Source: a virus. From it: a DNA stretch of 64,000 nucleotides. The position numbers and the translations under genes were made by a program. Location: IMG/VR virus record IMGVR_UViG_3300030361_000024, one strand, 5' to 3'. Positions 51,629-60,685 of the stretch are shown here, one piece after another. Position 1 is the stretch's first letter; each line of letters starts with the position of its first letter. The notes under the pieces were generated by a model, which saw only the letters and a program-made list of their open reading frames with translations, had not been told where the DNA came from and made no database searches.

Positions 51629-51892
51629 TCATTCACCCAGCCCCTCTTTAGCAACAGCCACCATCCGTTTCCCGATGTGCGCCATGTTTGGTGTTTCCAT
51701 TGCAACGATCTCGCGCAGTTTATTATGCGCCGCTGCAGCCACTTCCCAGCCCTTAGACGACTCGCGTGCACTTGCCACGTAGTCAGCTTTTGTCTGCAGG
51801 TACAACTTTTGCCACTCTTCGGACAGACGGAAAGCTCGTGACAATTCCCCGCCGCTAATCACGTCCACTAGTTTCTCTCGAAATGTCATCAC
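51629..51892 (-). CDS. hypothetical protein (87 aa)
   Basis: Clean ORF with a 4-nt overlap with the upstream gene. Confidence 0.55.
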   Translation of the reverse strand: MMTFREKLVDVISGGELSRAFRLSEEWQKLYLQTKADYVASARESSKGWEVAAAAHNKLREIVAMETPNMAHIGKRMVAVAKEGLGE

Positions 51893-52608
51893 ACTTCCTC
51901 CATGACAATCACGTCACCGTTTTCGTTGGTGAATGTCCCGGTTGCTGGCTTGCCGTCTGTCCGAGTGTAGCTAATCACCACGTCATCGGTGCCATTCTCT
52001 GACCACATAGCGCCAGTGGTCCTGTCACGCTTCAGCGTTACCGTTTCGCGCACAGGATTAGGCTTGATGCGGTAGGCGAACTCGTCCTTCCACAGGTTTT
52101 CAGGTGAAAGCTCACCCCATCCTGACGGAGCAGGCGGGTACTCCCATTCAATAACTTTACCCTCATGGTGAGCAAACAACAGCTCTCCCTTTTCCTCTTC
52201 GGTCATTTCTCCCCACGTCTTAGTCCCGCCAAGTTCACCCACAACAGATTTAGTTTTCCCGTATTTTTCTGTGTAACTGGAGTAGGGAAAAACAAACGCT
52301 TTAATAGGTCCCGCCACACCCCTCATCTTCACGACAAGGTCGGCAAGCGTTCCGGTTTTAGGTTCACGCACAAAAGGACCGTCTTGACGCTCATCGCAGA
52401 TTGCGTTCAGCTCGTCGTCTTCGATCCACTCGGAGATGAGGTCAGTTTCAGGATGATTAAGATTTTGGCGCTTGCCATATTTAGACCAGTATCCCTTTAT
52501 TACATTGCAAGTAAATGGGTACCCGTCATAGCAGATGCCATCATCTACCATAGGTCCGACTTTTTCCCCACTGCGTGTCCGGTAGCATTTCCCAACTTTA
52601 ATTTCCAT
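51889..52608 (-). CDS. hypothetical protein (239 aa)
   Basis: Clean ORF in the replication block with no motif that I recognise. Confidence 0.65.
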   Translation of the reverse strand: MEIKVGKCYRTRSGEKVGPMVDDGICYDGYPFTCNVIKGYWSKYGKRQNLNHPETDLISEWIEDDELNAICDERQDGPFVREPKTGTLADLVVKMRGVAGPIKAFVFPYSSYTEKYGKTKSVVGELGGTKTWGEMTEEEKGELLFAHHEGKVIEWEYPPAPSGWGELSPENLWKDEFAYRIKPNPVRETVTLKRDRTTGAMWSENGTDDVVISYTRTDGKPATGTFTNENGDVIVMEEV

Positions 52609-52617
52609 AACTTCCTC

Positions 52618-53028
52618 CTATAGCCAAATCGGCTTTTTGCGACCAATCTTTGCCCAACCCTCATCGGTGAGCAGGATGTTTGCGGCTGCATCTTCAGCCT
52701 TTATAACCTGTAATTGCACCAAGCCAATATCAATTAGCCCGCTCAAAATACTTCCGCCCTGATTGCGACTACACGGCATCGGCACTGACTTCTCTAGCCG
52801 GATCATCATATCCAAAGCGCTGCTCATGTGGCTCAGGTTTTCCTGCGACTTTGCAATCAGCTCAAGGATCTGTGTCGCGTGTCCGTCCTCGTTCAGCCGG
52901 TCAAACAGGTCTGGCAGTTCACGGCTGCGGATTTCTGCCCCGCCTAGCCGTTGCCCCTCGAAATAGTCCATGATCTCTCCTTCGTATCTCTCTGAACCTT
53001 GAACCGTGCCAATAGTGTTGTCAACCAT
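52618..53028 (-). CDS. hypothetical protein (136 aa)
   Basis: Clean ORF with an 8-nt overlap with the primase gene. Confidence 0.6.
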   Translation of the reverse strand: MVDNTIGTVQGSERYEGEIMDYFEGQRLGGAEIRSRELPDLFDRLNEDGHATQILELIAKSQENLSHMSSALDMMIRLEKSVPMPCSRNQGGSILSGLIDIGLVQLQVIKAEDAAANILLTDEGWAKIGRKKPIWL

Positions 53029-53974
53029 TATTCACCACCGATAGTCTCGCTTGAGACAAGTGTATGTCATTCCAATCAATACCCACAGTGTCTGGAATGT
53101 GTACGCTTACCTCGTAATCCCTGACTGCCAGCCGGTGCGCCAAGAGAAACGCTGCTGCTTGCCCGCCGTACTTTGGGTCATTGTCTGCAAAGATTGCGAT
53201 CTGCTTGCATCCCTCTGGCGGCAACCATTTCTTGAGTAGCGCCGTATTGATAGCAGACCACACAGGCAGGCCGTACATGGCTGATGCGCTCATTGCAGTC
53301 TCAATCCCTTCGGCAATCCCAAGAGCGCCACCAGGAACGTACTCAGAAAGTCTAACGCATGATCCTTCTGGCAATTCCCCCGGCATGATCTTGCGCGGGC
53401 ATTCCATCTCAGCTTTTGCTCTGCCATCGGGTCGCAAGAATGTCCGGTGCATAGATACTGGCTTTCCTGTTCGATCCACAATCATTGCCACCATCGCGGG
53501 CCTAATGCCCCCGTCACCGTCTCGAATGGATGGCGCAAACCGCAGTGAGTCTGGATAGGTCACTTCACCCACCCCGCGCGCAGTCAAATAACGGTCAACC
53601 AAATCACCGGACTGCAAAGGCTGGGTTGCCTTGTACGTGGCGCGAAGGGCATTGCGCTTTTGCTCTGCTGTCATGCCGGATTGTTCATTCGGCGCGTCGT
53701 ACTTCACATTGCCCACCATGTTGTCAATCTCATTTGCGATTTCATAAAACGGCTTGCCTGTGAACTCCATGGCTAGGTTAATCCCGTCACCTGATCCGCA
53801 TGTGCAGATCCAAGTCCCTCTGCCTTCCTTGTCATCAAATCGAAAGTTCTTATCAGAATTACACAGGGGGCATGGCCCGTGTTTATTTTTCAGGAACTCT
53901 TCTGGCAACCCAAGGGACATTAGGATTCCACGCCACTTGCCCCGTGCAACGTTGGCAGTTCTATCACTCAGCAT
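53021..53974 (-). CDS. DNA primase (zinc-ribbon + Toprim)
   Basis: It has a Zn ribbon (CPLCNSDKNFRFDDKEGRGTWICTCG) and a Toprim segment (GIAEGIETAMS...IAIFADNDPKYGGQAAA). Confidence 0.8.
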   Translation of the reverse strand: MLSDRTANVARGKWRGILMSLGLPEEFLKNKHGPCPLCNSDKNFRFDDKEGRGTWICTCGSGDGINLAMEFTGKPFYEIANEIDNMVGNVKYDAPNEQSGMTAEQKRNALRATYKATQPLQSGDLVDRYLTARGVGEVTYPDSLRFAPSIRDGDGGIRPAMVAMIVDRTGKPVSMHRTFLRPDGRAKAEMECPRKIMPGELPEGSCVRLSEYVPGGALGIAEGIETAMSASAMYGLPVWSAINTALLKKWLPPEGCKQIAIFADNDPKYGGQAAAFLLAHRLAVRDYEVSVHIPDTVGIDWNDIHLSQARLSVVNNG

Positions 53975-55453
53975 TTAGCTTCCTCTCCGTTTGCTGTTTT
54001 TCTTGGCCCAAGCGATCCGGCATGATTTCTCATAGTTCAAGAAACTTTGGTCTCCGGGCTTCATTACTTCTTCTAGGCTACGTGGCCACACTCCGAACTT
54101 CTTGCGATACAGGTTAGCAGCCCATCCGTGCTTATAGCCCCTCTTCATAGCCAGCCAAAGAGCCATGCTGTAGAAGTCCTGCTTCTCCTGTTTGGTCGGA
54201 ACCTTGCGCTCGCCCTCGGTGATTTCAATCAGTTCACCGTCTTCTGTCTCCACCCCCGGAATAGGTTTGCGCTCATGTCCGCAGAACGGGCAGACCAAGC
54301 CAGTAATAAGAGTGCCACAATTTCCACACGCTTTCGGCAGCTTCTCTTTCTTCTCAGCCTTCTGACGTTGCTTCGGCGGGGTCTTGTCCAGCTCTTCGTG
54401 GTGAATATCCGTAACCAAGCCTAGTCGCAAACTATTCCCTGCATGGTCAAAGACTTTCAGGTCTTCTGTGCCAGGATTAACCCTCAATCCTCGCCCGATT
54501 TTTTGCAAGTGTAAAATCTCACTTTGAGTTGGGGCGGCGTCCACGATACAAGACACAGGCCAGTCAACGCCAGTTGTAAGCGTCCGAACAGAGCAGGCAA
54601 CCTTGATTTCACCGGACCTAAACTTGCGCTCAATCTGCTGTCGTTCCACAACATCTGTGAATGCATCAATATATGCAGTGGCTACCCCGGCGCGCTGGAA
54701 GTCCTCAGCGATACTTGCCGCGTGTGCCCTGTTCACTCCGAAGACAAGCGTTGGCCTATTCTCTCCGTTGCGCAGCCAGTTCTCAACGATAGATCCCATG
54801 ATGGATTTACCGCTCATCACCCCTTCCGCCTGCTTGCTGTCGTAGTCGCCAGCAACGGTTTTGACGCCATCAAGATCCGGGATGTCAGGTGCGAACACTT
54901 GGAACTTGGACAAGAATCCCTGCTGGATCAACTCGCTCACAGTACAGGCGCAAATCAAATCATCCCACAGAAGCCCCATGCCCTTAGCCCACGGCGTAGC
55001 GGATAGGCCGATGAAAAAGATATCATCCCGCTGCTGCATCAGGTCTTCAACAACCTTAGCTCTGATATGAGCCTCATCCACAATCACCAGATCCACTGGT
55101 GGCATATCGCGCCGTGCCAATGTCTGTACGGATGCAACCTGAACCCGTGCGTCTGGATTGGTCCGTGGGTGGCTTGCCTGCAAAACGCCGATATCCGTGA
55201 TGCCCTCGTTTTCAAACGCTGACACGCTCTGGTCGATCAAGCTAACGGCAGGTGCGGTGAACATAACCCGCTTGCCCTTTTCCAGCGCACCCTCAATGAA
55301 CCGTGACGCCAGAACAGTTTTGCCTGCTCCTGTTGCCAACTGACATACGATCTTTCGGTTGCCAGCGGCTGCGGAATCGCGAACCATTTTGAGAGCTTTG
55401 ACCTGATGCGGGCGTAGGGTTTTGCGCTGAGGCGTAACCAACATATCCTTCAT
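53975..55453 (-). CDS. SF2 DEAD/DEAH-box helicase (492 aa)
   Basis: Trimmed to Met13 (TGATG overlap at 55453). Motifs are Walker A QLATGAGKT, VIVDEAH, SATP and motif VI QKIGRGLR, plus a C-terminal Zn ribbon (CGNCGTLITGLVCPFCG). Confidence 0.85.
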   Translation of the reverse strand: MKDMLVTPQRKTLRPHQVKALKMVRDSAAAGNRKIVCQLATGAGKTVLASRFIEGALEKGKRVMFTAPAVSLIDQSVSAFENEGITDIGVLQASHPRTNPDARVQVASVQTLARRDMPPVDLVIVDEAHIRAKVVEDLMQQRDDIFFIGLSATPWAKGMGLLWDDLICACTVSELIQQGFLSKFQVFAPDIPDLDGVKTVAGDYDSKQAEGVMSGKSIMGSIVENWLRNGENRPTLVFGVNRAHAASIAEDFQRAGVATAYIDAFTDVVERQQIERKFRSGEIKVACSVRTLTTGVDWPVSCIVDAAPTQSEILHLQKIGRGLRVNPGTEDLKVFDHAGNSLRLGLVTDIHHEELDKTPPKQRQKAEKKEKLPKACGNCGTLITGLVCPFCGHERKPIPGVETEDGELIEITEGERKVPTKQEKQDFYSMALWLAMKRGYKHGWAANLYRKKFGVWPRSLEEVMKPGDQSFLNYEKSCRIAWAKKNSKRRGS

Positions 55454-56319
55454 CACGAATAGCTCCCGGAATATCCCCAGCCAAGGCAAGGATCAACCGG
55501 GTTGTATGTCCCATTGGGGTCTGATTCGACGGGTTCATACTCCATCAGCCAGTCAACAGCTCGTGACATCCAAGAACTCGAACGGTTTTCCTGCTCAGGT
55601 TCGGTGGTTTTGACCATGCCAACGGATTGATCATCACGTGTTTGGTGATTGATTGGTACGTCAGAGGGTTTATCAACCGGGTTTTCCCAGCCAGAAGATG
55701 AAACCTGCGGGTATGTGACCTCAGATTGTTTATGCTTTGGCTTGGGCTTTGCTACCTCAGTGTCTTTCGGTGCGGTCGAAACCTCGTGAGTGCTATGATT
55801 GTTAGTCTTACCCTTGGCTAGGTTATACGAATTATCCTTACAGGTGGACTCCCGTTCCAGCTTTTTGATGAAGCGGCTGGTGAAGCAACCCTCTGAAACT
55901 GCTCGCAAAAACCGTTTTACCCAGCACAATCCGCACATACGGAAAATGGCCTCATGATCCACGCGATATTGGGTGGCGATATTACGCCCGCCGCGCATGT
56001 GAGAGACAGGAATTAGAACGCCAGCTTCACGCAGGATGCTGAAGACTTTGGTAACGGTCCTCTCCGACACCCTTGCCTTGCGAGCAATCAACTTGCGGCT
56101 GGGGTGAATGTAATCTTTGGGGCCAGACTTGTGGTGAAACCAATGATTGACGATTGTCATGATGACATCACGGTGGCATCGGTTATCAATCCCGCTTCTA
56201 ATCGCTTGGCGCGTCAGTCGGCGGAATGCATTTTCCTGGCTGTCTTTAAAGTCTATCAAGGCTCGATCCCTATATACAGTGCCGAGCCAGTTGAACATCA
56301 TAATCTGTTGTGTTACCAC
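55453..56319 (-). CDS. HTH-containing replication-initiation-like protein (288 aa)
   Basis: It has a winged-helix or HTH-like segment (PSRKLIARKARVSERTVTKVFSILREAGVLIP). It is the first gene of the helicase-primase operon, downstream of a terminator-promoter junction. Confidence 0.55.
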   Translation of the reverse strand: MVTQQIMMFNWLGTVYRDRALIDFKDSQENAFRRLTRQAIRSGIDNRCHRDVIMTIVNHWFHHKSGPKDYIHPSRKLIARKARVSERTVTKVFSILREAGVLIPVSHMRGGRNIATQYRVDHEAIFRMCGLCWVKRFLRAVSEGCFTSRFIKKLERESTCKDNSYNLAKGKTNNHSTHEVSTAPKDTEVAKPKPKHKQSEVTYPQVSSSGWENPVDKPSDVPINHQTRDDQSVGMVKTTEPEQENRSSSWMSRAVDWLMEYEPVESDPNGTYNPVDPCLGWGYSGSYS

Positions 56320-56362
56320 TGAACTTGGCTTTTCGCTGATGCCACTTTAGCCTAACCGGCTG

Positions 56363-56389
56363 ATAAATGCAAGGCCCCGCTTGTCTCCT
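56363..56389 (-). terminator. intrinsic terminator followed by a sigma70-like promoter
   Basis: An 8-bp stem GGCCCCGC/GCGGGGCC. The minus strand continues TTGCAT-N17-TAAAGT ahead of ATG 56319. Confidence 0.55.
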
Positions 56390-56407
56390 TGGCGGGGCCT
56401 TCAATAT

Positions 56408-56776
56408 TTAGTCGGGCAGTTTGTACAGGAAAGTGTTTTTCTGCTTCCTTCGGACAACCTCGCCATCTGCAGCCAGTGCCTTTAGCACCTCGCGGCTAAC
56501 TTTCTCGCTCATGTCAGTAAACGTCGAAACGCGCTTGGCACACGCCCAGTCATCAATATTGGCTAGGACACTCTTAACATCATCCCTCCGGAAACGTCGC
56601 AGCCTCGCCTTGGCCTGAGACACGCTCTCATCAATTGGGATATGACCCATTCGCTCTGATGGCTTTTCCTTCGCGTACCCAGACAGGTAGTGGGACACCA
56701 GCGCGTCATTCTCTGCTTGCGTATACCGCGCCAGCCACGGCATGTCTCTGGATGTATTGCTTGTAGGCAGGTTCAT
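56408..56776 (-). CDS. hypothetical protein (122 aa)
   Basis: Trimmed to Met17 (ATG 56776) behind GGAGAG. Confidence 0.55.
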   Translation of the reverse strand: MNLPTSNTSRDMPWLARYTQAENDALVSHYLSGYAKEKPSERMGHIPIDESVSQAKARLRRFRRDDVKSVLANIDDWACAKRVSTFTDMSEKVSREVLKALAADGEVVRRKQKNTFLYKLPD

Positions 56777-56827
56777 GTGTTTCTCTCCATGTTTGATACG
56801 TAACGAATACCACGCCAGATACACGTG

Positions 56828-57148
56828 TCAATTAAAAGTTGATCCGCCCTCGGTGTCTTCATCAATCGCCCCAATGGCTATCAGAGCCTCTGTCACGCTC
56901 TTAACGACGTAGACAGTACCCAGCCAGGCGCAATGCCATGTTTCTTGATCTGGGGTTAGCTTACGCGCGCTAGGCGGCTTCTTTCCGTCCTTCACCTCTA
57001 ACAGATAGTTGCCACCCCTAAACCCTACCAACAGATCGGGACAGCCTTTACCAACAGCGTGTAGGTGTTCGACTGACGCCCCTACCTTGCGCAAGGCTTT
57101 GACGATTTCTTTCTGATTGCGGTCCACCCGCGCGGCGTATTTGGGCAT
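56828..57148 (-). CDS. VRR-NUC / PD-(D/E)xK-type nuclease-like protein (106 aa)
   Basis: Trimmed to Met13 (ATG 57148) behind AGGAG. GCPDLLVGFRGGNYLLEVKDG fits a D...E-x-K nuclease core. Confidence 0.55.
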   Translation of the reverse strand: MPKYAARVDRNQKEIVKALRKVGASVEHLHAVGKGCPDLLVGFRGGNYLLEVKDGKKPPSARKLTPDQETWHCAWLGTVYVVKSVTEALIAIGAIDEDTEGGSTFN

Positions 57149-57291
57149 ATCTATCTCCTGGATTGTTTCCCCACAAGATACCACAGGCCGCCGAAAAAGG
57201 AAAAGGGCCAGCGGTTAAGCCAGCCCAGTTCGGTGTTGCGTGTCAGTGTTAGCCGTGCTATATGTGCATTTGTCAGGCTAAGCCATTGATA

Positions 57292-57765
57292 TTAGAAGAG
57301 AATTTCCGATTCGTCCAGATTATGAGGGACAGCCGCTGGCGCTTGGAAATTCTGCTGGCCCTGGTTGTAGCCGCCTTGTTGCGCTCCATTATTGGCTTGG
57401 GCTTGTCCGCCATTCGGGCCATCGAGCATAACCAGCTGAGAGCCGGGGCCTTGCAGCACCACTTCTGTCGAGTAACGGTCTTGCCCGTTTTGGTCCTGCC
57501 ACTTACGTGTTTGCAGCTTACCCTCGATGTAAACCTTGGATCCTTTACGCAGGTACTGTTGCGCCACTCGAACAAGCCCTTCACCGAAAATGGTGATATT
57601 CACCCATTCTGTTTTCTCTTTGCGCTCTCCGGTGTTTCGATCCTTCCAGCTTTCGGAGCAGGCAATACTAAAACTGCAAGCTTGCCCGCCATTTTGAAAA
57701 CTCCGAACTTCAGGATCTCGGCCAAGGTTGCCGATAAAGATGCACTTATTTACTGATCCGCTCAT
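57292..57765 (-). CDS. ssb: single-stranded DNA-binding protein
   Basis: It has an OB-fold N-terminus ([19 protein letters not shown]...[10 protein letters not shown]...[19 protein letters not shown]), a Gly/Gln-rich linker and an acidic tail (DESEILF). Confidence 0.9.
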   Translation of the reverse strand: MSGSVNKCIFIGNLGRDPEVRSFQNGGQACSFSIACSESWKDRNTGERKEKTEWVNITIFGEGLVRVAQQYLRKGSKVYIEGKLQTRKWQDQNGQDRYSTEVVLQGPGSQLVMLDGPNGGQAQANNGAQQGGYNQGQQNFQAPAAVPHNLDESEILF

Positions 57766-57767
57766 GT

Positions 57768-57971
57768 TTATTCTCCTGTGTTTACTGTAATCAGGTGGTG
57801 GGTTGTTCCGTACTCATCTACCCGCGCGGCGTTGGCTTCACTTGCCTCAACCTCTTTGCGGATGCAATGGCGCACGGCTTCATTGATGGTTTCGATTCCC
57901 TCGCGCTCCATCATTGCGCGCAGCCTGTCCCACAATACGCGGGGCGCGGCAATCTTTTTCTCTTGGTTCAT
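57768..57971 (-). CDS. small DNA-binding-like protein (67 aa; possible ribbon-helix-helix)
   Basis: Trimmed to Met14 (ATG 57971) behind GGAGAG. It is the first minus-strand gene at the divergent early control region. Confidence 0.45.
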   Translation of the reverse strand: MNQEKKIAAPRVLWDRLRAMMEREGIETINEAVRHCIRKEVEASEANAARVDEYGTTHHLITVNTGE

Positions 57972-58029
57972 GGTGTCTCTCCATCTGCGATAACCTGAAC
58001 CTACCCCCATTGCGGGTTACGATCAAGGG

Positions 58030-58058
58030 TTGACTGCGTTGTTTTTGGTGTTTATTGT
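58030..58058 (+). promoter_or_regulatory. sigma70-like early promoter
   Basis: TTGACT (58030-58035), a 17-nt spacer, then TATTGT (58053-58058), 26 nt upstream of ATG 58085. Confidence 0.5.
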
Positions 58059-58084
58059 GGTTTGCGAGGATAAGGAGAAACGAC

Positions 58085-58408
58085 ATGGACTGCCTGCACT
58101 GCAATGACACTGGACTATTTCTCAACGGATCGGGCCACCGTTCTCGCGGCTATCCGTTTGGGGAGTCATCTTTTGAGGACTACTGCTCCTGCTCGCATGG
58201 TCGAGATCTGAAGCAAGAGGAACTGGCGCACGATACCGCTCCTGCATTCCCGTCTAGTGTTCTTGTCGATGCGTCCATTGATGCACACGACAAAAAGATG
58301 AAAGCGGCAGGCAAACATCAGTGCAAGGGATTTATTGGGGCTGAATGCACGATGTGGATTGATGAGCCTGGTCGGTGCCATGACTGCGAGGCGGAGTACA
58401 ACCGATGA
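58085..58408 (+). CDS. Cys-rich hypothetical protein (107 aa)
   Basis: Trimmed to Met11 (ATG 58085) behind AAGGAG. Cys clusters are CLHC...CSC and C...C...CHDC. Confidence 0.6.
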   Translation: MDCLHCNDTGLFLNGSGHRSRGYPFGESSFEDYCSCSHGRDLKQEELAHDTAPAFPSSVLVDASIDAHDKKMKAAGKHQCKGFIGAECTMWIDEPGRCHDCEAEYNR

Positions 58409-58554
58409 AAGAGAGAAAGTTTATCGAGCGCGAGATTTGGGGTTGGCTTATCGTCGGTTCTATGATCTTGCTGATTGCACTCTGGGCCGTTCCCGCCGCG
58501 TATGGCGTGATTGTAGACCAGATCAACGTAAACCCAATGGAGACTTTTGACTGA
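58405..58554 (+). CDS. 49-aa single-pass membrane micro-protein
   Basis: Below the track cutoff. It reads MKERKFIEREIWGWLIVGSMILLIALWAVPAAYGVIVDQINVNPMETFD, with an ATGA overlap upstream and a TGATG overlap downstream. Confidence 0.5.
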   Translation: MKERKFIEREIWGWLIVGSMILLIALWAVPAAYGVIVDQINVNPMETFD

Positions 58555-58760
58555 TGGCACAGCCGACACCCGCACAAATCAAAGCCGCAATCTACACCGC
58601 CATTCGTGAGCATGAGGCGCGTGTACGAGTAGAGCGCAAAGGTGATCCTTCTGGCTTGGTGGCTGGCCTGTTCCCCGCTACCGCATATTCGATCATTGAA
58701 GACGCAATCACAAAAGCCTGCGACGAACGCGCAGCACAGACAGAGGAAGTTGCAGCATGA
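58554..58760 (+). CDS. hypothetical protein (68 aa)
   Basis: Coupled ORF in the early operon. Confidence 0.55.
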   Translation: MAQPTPAQIKAAIYTAIREHEARVRVERKGDPSGLVAGLFPATAYSIIEDAITKACDERAAQTEEVAA

Positions 58761-59356
58761 ACTGGCAAGACGTAGCGAAGGAACTTGCAAAGCCGCTTAG
58801 CCCCGATGCAATCAAGCCCCCGCCACAGGGCAAGTATGGCGAGTATGTGGAGGCTCTGCATGTTATCCGGGAGGCTAACCGCATCTTTGGATTTGACGGG
58901 TGGAGCTATGATGTGCGCAGCATCAACCTGACTAATGCCACTAGCGACAACGGTAAGCATCGTGTCGGGTATATGGCAGTTGTGTGCGTGACTATTGATG
59001 GCGTCAACCGTACCGACGTTGGGCACGGTCAGGGCTTCGGTAAGAGTGAGGGTGACGCGCATGATAGCGCTGTTAAGGAGGCGGTTACGGATGGCTTGAA
59101 GCGGGCGCTGCGGACATTCGGTAATACCTTTGGTTTGGCTCTGTATGAAAAAGATCTTGCGGCACGTGAGGTCGGGTATTCCCTAAGCCAGGATCAGATC
59201 GACAGCGCGACCAGTGCCCTAGCCAAGTGTGAGACACTCAAGGCTCTGCAGGAAACCTACGTTGACATGTACCGGCGCAACAAGGCACTTGCCGAACATC
59301 AGGATGTTGTGGCTGCGAAGGACAAGCGCAAGGCTGAACTTGAGGCCGCATCATGA
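58757..59356 (+). CDS. Rad52/22-family single-strand annealing protein
   Basis: The pattern is YVEALHVIREANRIFGFDGWSY...GHGQGFGKSEGDAHDSAVKEAVTDGLKRALRTFGNTFGLALY. Confidence 0.85.
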   Translation: MNWQDVAKELAKPLSPDAIKPPPQGKYGEYVEALHVIREANRIFGFDGWSYDVRSINLTNATSDNGKHRVGYMAVVCVTIDGVNRTDVGHGQGFGKSEGDAHDSAVKEAVTDGLKRALRTFGNTFGLALYEKDLAAREVGYSLSQDQIDSATSALAKCETLKALQETYVDMYRRNKALAEHQDVVAAKDKRKAELEAAS

Positions 59357-59490
59357 GTAAGGGACTAACCCCAGTTGAAACGCGGGTGGCGACGTATCTC
59401 AAAGCTATCTTAAAGTCTAACGATATTGAGACTATACATCGCGAAGCCCGTATGGCATTACGTATCTGTGAAGAGGAGAAAGCAAAATGA
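59353..59490 (+). CDS. 45-aa micro-ORF
   Basis: Below the track cutoff. It reads MSKGLTPVETRVATYLKAILKSNDIETIHREARMALRICEEEKAK and has ATGA overlaps at both ends. Confidence 0.45.
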   Translation: MSKGLTPVETRVATYLKAILKSNDIETIHREARMALRICEEEKAK

Positions 59491-59600
59491 CAACCGCTGA
59501 CAAACTGAACAAGCTGGCTGACACCATTGAGCGCCAGCATGGTCGTAAACTAGTAGCTGGCTTACGTGAGCTGGCTGATAAGATGAGCAAGGAGAAGTGA
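59487..59600 (+). CDS. 37-aa micro-ORF
   Basis: Below the track cutoff. It reads MTTADKLNKLADTIERQHGRKLVAGLRELADKMSKEK. Its 3' end supplies the AAGGAG RBS for the next gene. Confidence 0.4.
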   Translation: MTTADKLNKLADTIERQHGRKLVAGLRELADKMSKEK

Positions 59601-59601
59601 G

Positions 59602-59877
59602 ATGAAATTTACCTACGACATCAAGCAAGACGACCGCGAGTGTGTGGCTTACCTGCACAGCTGCGGTGCCTTGTTCTTTAGTGCTAAATCTACGTATTCA
59701 GAACATGGTTTGAAGCAAGGGACTATTAGTCTAGGCGGCAGATACAACTGTACATCAAAGGCATGTCCCAACGGAACTGCAACGCTTTGTGAGGTTATAA
59801 GAAACGATGGTAATAGTGGTACCAAATTCTACCCCGGCGACAGCGTGACTATCACTTTTGAGGAGACCAAACAATGA
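59602..59877 (+). CDS. hypothetical protein (91 aa)
   Basis: Strong AAGGAG RBS and a 4-nt overlap with the next gene. Confidence 0.6.
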   Translation: MKFTYDIKQDDRECVAYLHSCGALFFSAKSTYSEHGLKQGTISLGGRYNCTSKACPNGTATLCEVIRNDGNSGTKFYPGDSVTITFEETKQ

Positions 59878-60128
59878 CTGACCAAACTACCGAAAGCTAC
59901 CGCGTAACAGCAGGCGAACTGCGCCAATTCATCGAGCGTTTCGAGACACTGGACGCTGAGAAGAAAGAGCTGGCCGAACAACAGAAAGAAGTCATGGCGG
60001 AGGCTAAGGCCCGTGGGTATGACACCGCCGTGATGCGCAAGATCATCGCTCTGCGTAAGCGTGACAAGGATGATATCGCTGAGGAAGAGGCCGTTCTGGC
60101 GATGTATCTTGACGCGTTGGGGATGTAA
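59874..60128 (+). CDS. DUF2312 / GapR-like DNA-binding protein (84 aa)
   Basis: ELRQFIERFETLDAEKKELAEQQKEVMAEAKARGYDTAVMRKIIALRKRD matches the GapR/DUF2312 signature. Confidence 0.8.
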   Translation: MTDQTTESYRVTAGELRQFIERFETLDAEKKELAEQQKEVMAEAKARGYDTAVMRKIIALRKRDKDDIAEEEAVLAMYLDALGM

Positions 60129-60158
60129 GTCTTAACCATTGGCTAGGGAGAATCCGTT

Positions 60159-60617
60159 ATGGCAGATGTGCATATGGTCAAAGCCCTTGGCGGGTTCGTC
60201 CCTGCTGATGTAAACGCGCAAGAGTGGATGGATAAAGTCAAGATGGGTCAGGTTGTCAAGGCAGAGATCCGGTTGATGCGCAACGGCGGCTTTCACCGCC
60301 GGTTTTTTTGCATGTTGAACACAGCATACCAGAACCACGAATGGCCGGAGATTGAAACCAAGTGGGGCAAGGGAAAGACATCCTTTGACATGTTCCGCAA
60401 ATGGGTGACGGTTAAAGCTGGTCACTATGAGGTAGACTTTACCCCAGACGGAGAGGTCCGCGTTATCCCTAAGTCTATCTCCTGGGCATCAATGGATCAG
60501 GCAGAGTTTGAGAAGCTATACAGCGACGTGCTGGACGTTATCCTGATGCACTTCCTGACGAACTGGACAACGGGTGACATGGATCACGCGGTTGAGCAGA
60601 TGATGGGGTATTCGTAA
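60159..60617 (+). CDS. DUF1367-like phage protein (152 aa)
   Basis: The pattern is RNGGFHRRFFCMLNTAYQN...KSISWASMDQAEFEKLY. Confidence 0.55.
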   Translation: MADVHMVKALGGFVPADVNAQEWMDKVKMGQVVKAEIRLMRNGGFHRRFFCMLNTAYQNHEWPEIETKWGKGKTSFDMFRKWVTVKAGHYEVDFTPDGEVRVIPKSISWASMDQAEFEKLYSDVLDVILMHFLTNWTTGDMDHAVEQMMGYS

Positions 60618-60685
60618 ACTACGCGCCCGTGGTACACTAGAGAATATTTGCAATGACGCCCGGATGAGGGCAAAGGAGGGAATAA

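Noticed and set aside
57149-57291. A possible intrinsic terminator between ssb and the VRR-NUC-like gene (GCCAGC...GCCAGC followed by a T-rich tract on the minus strand).
   Set aside because: The two GC-rich segments are direct repeats, not inverted, so no stable stem forms.
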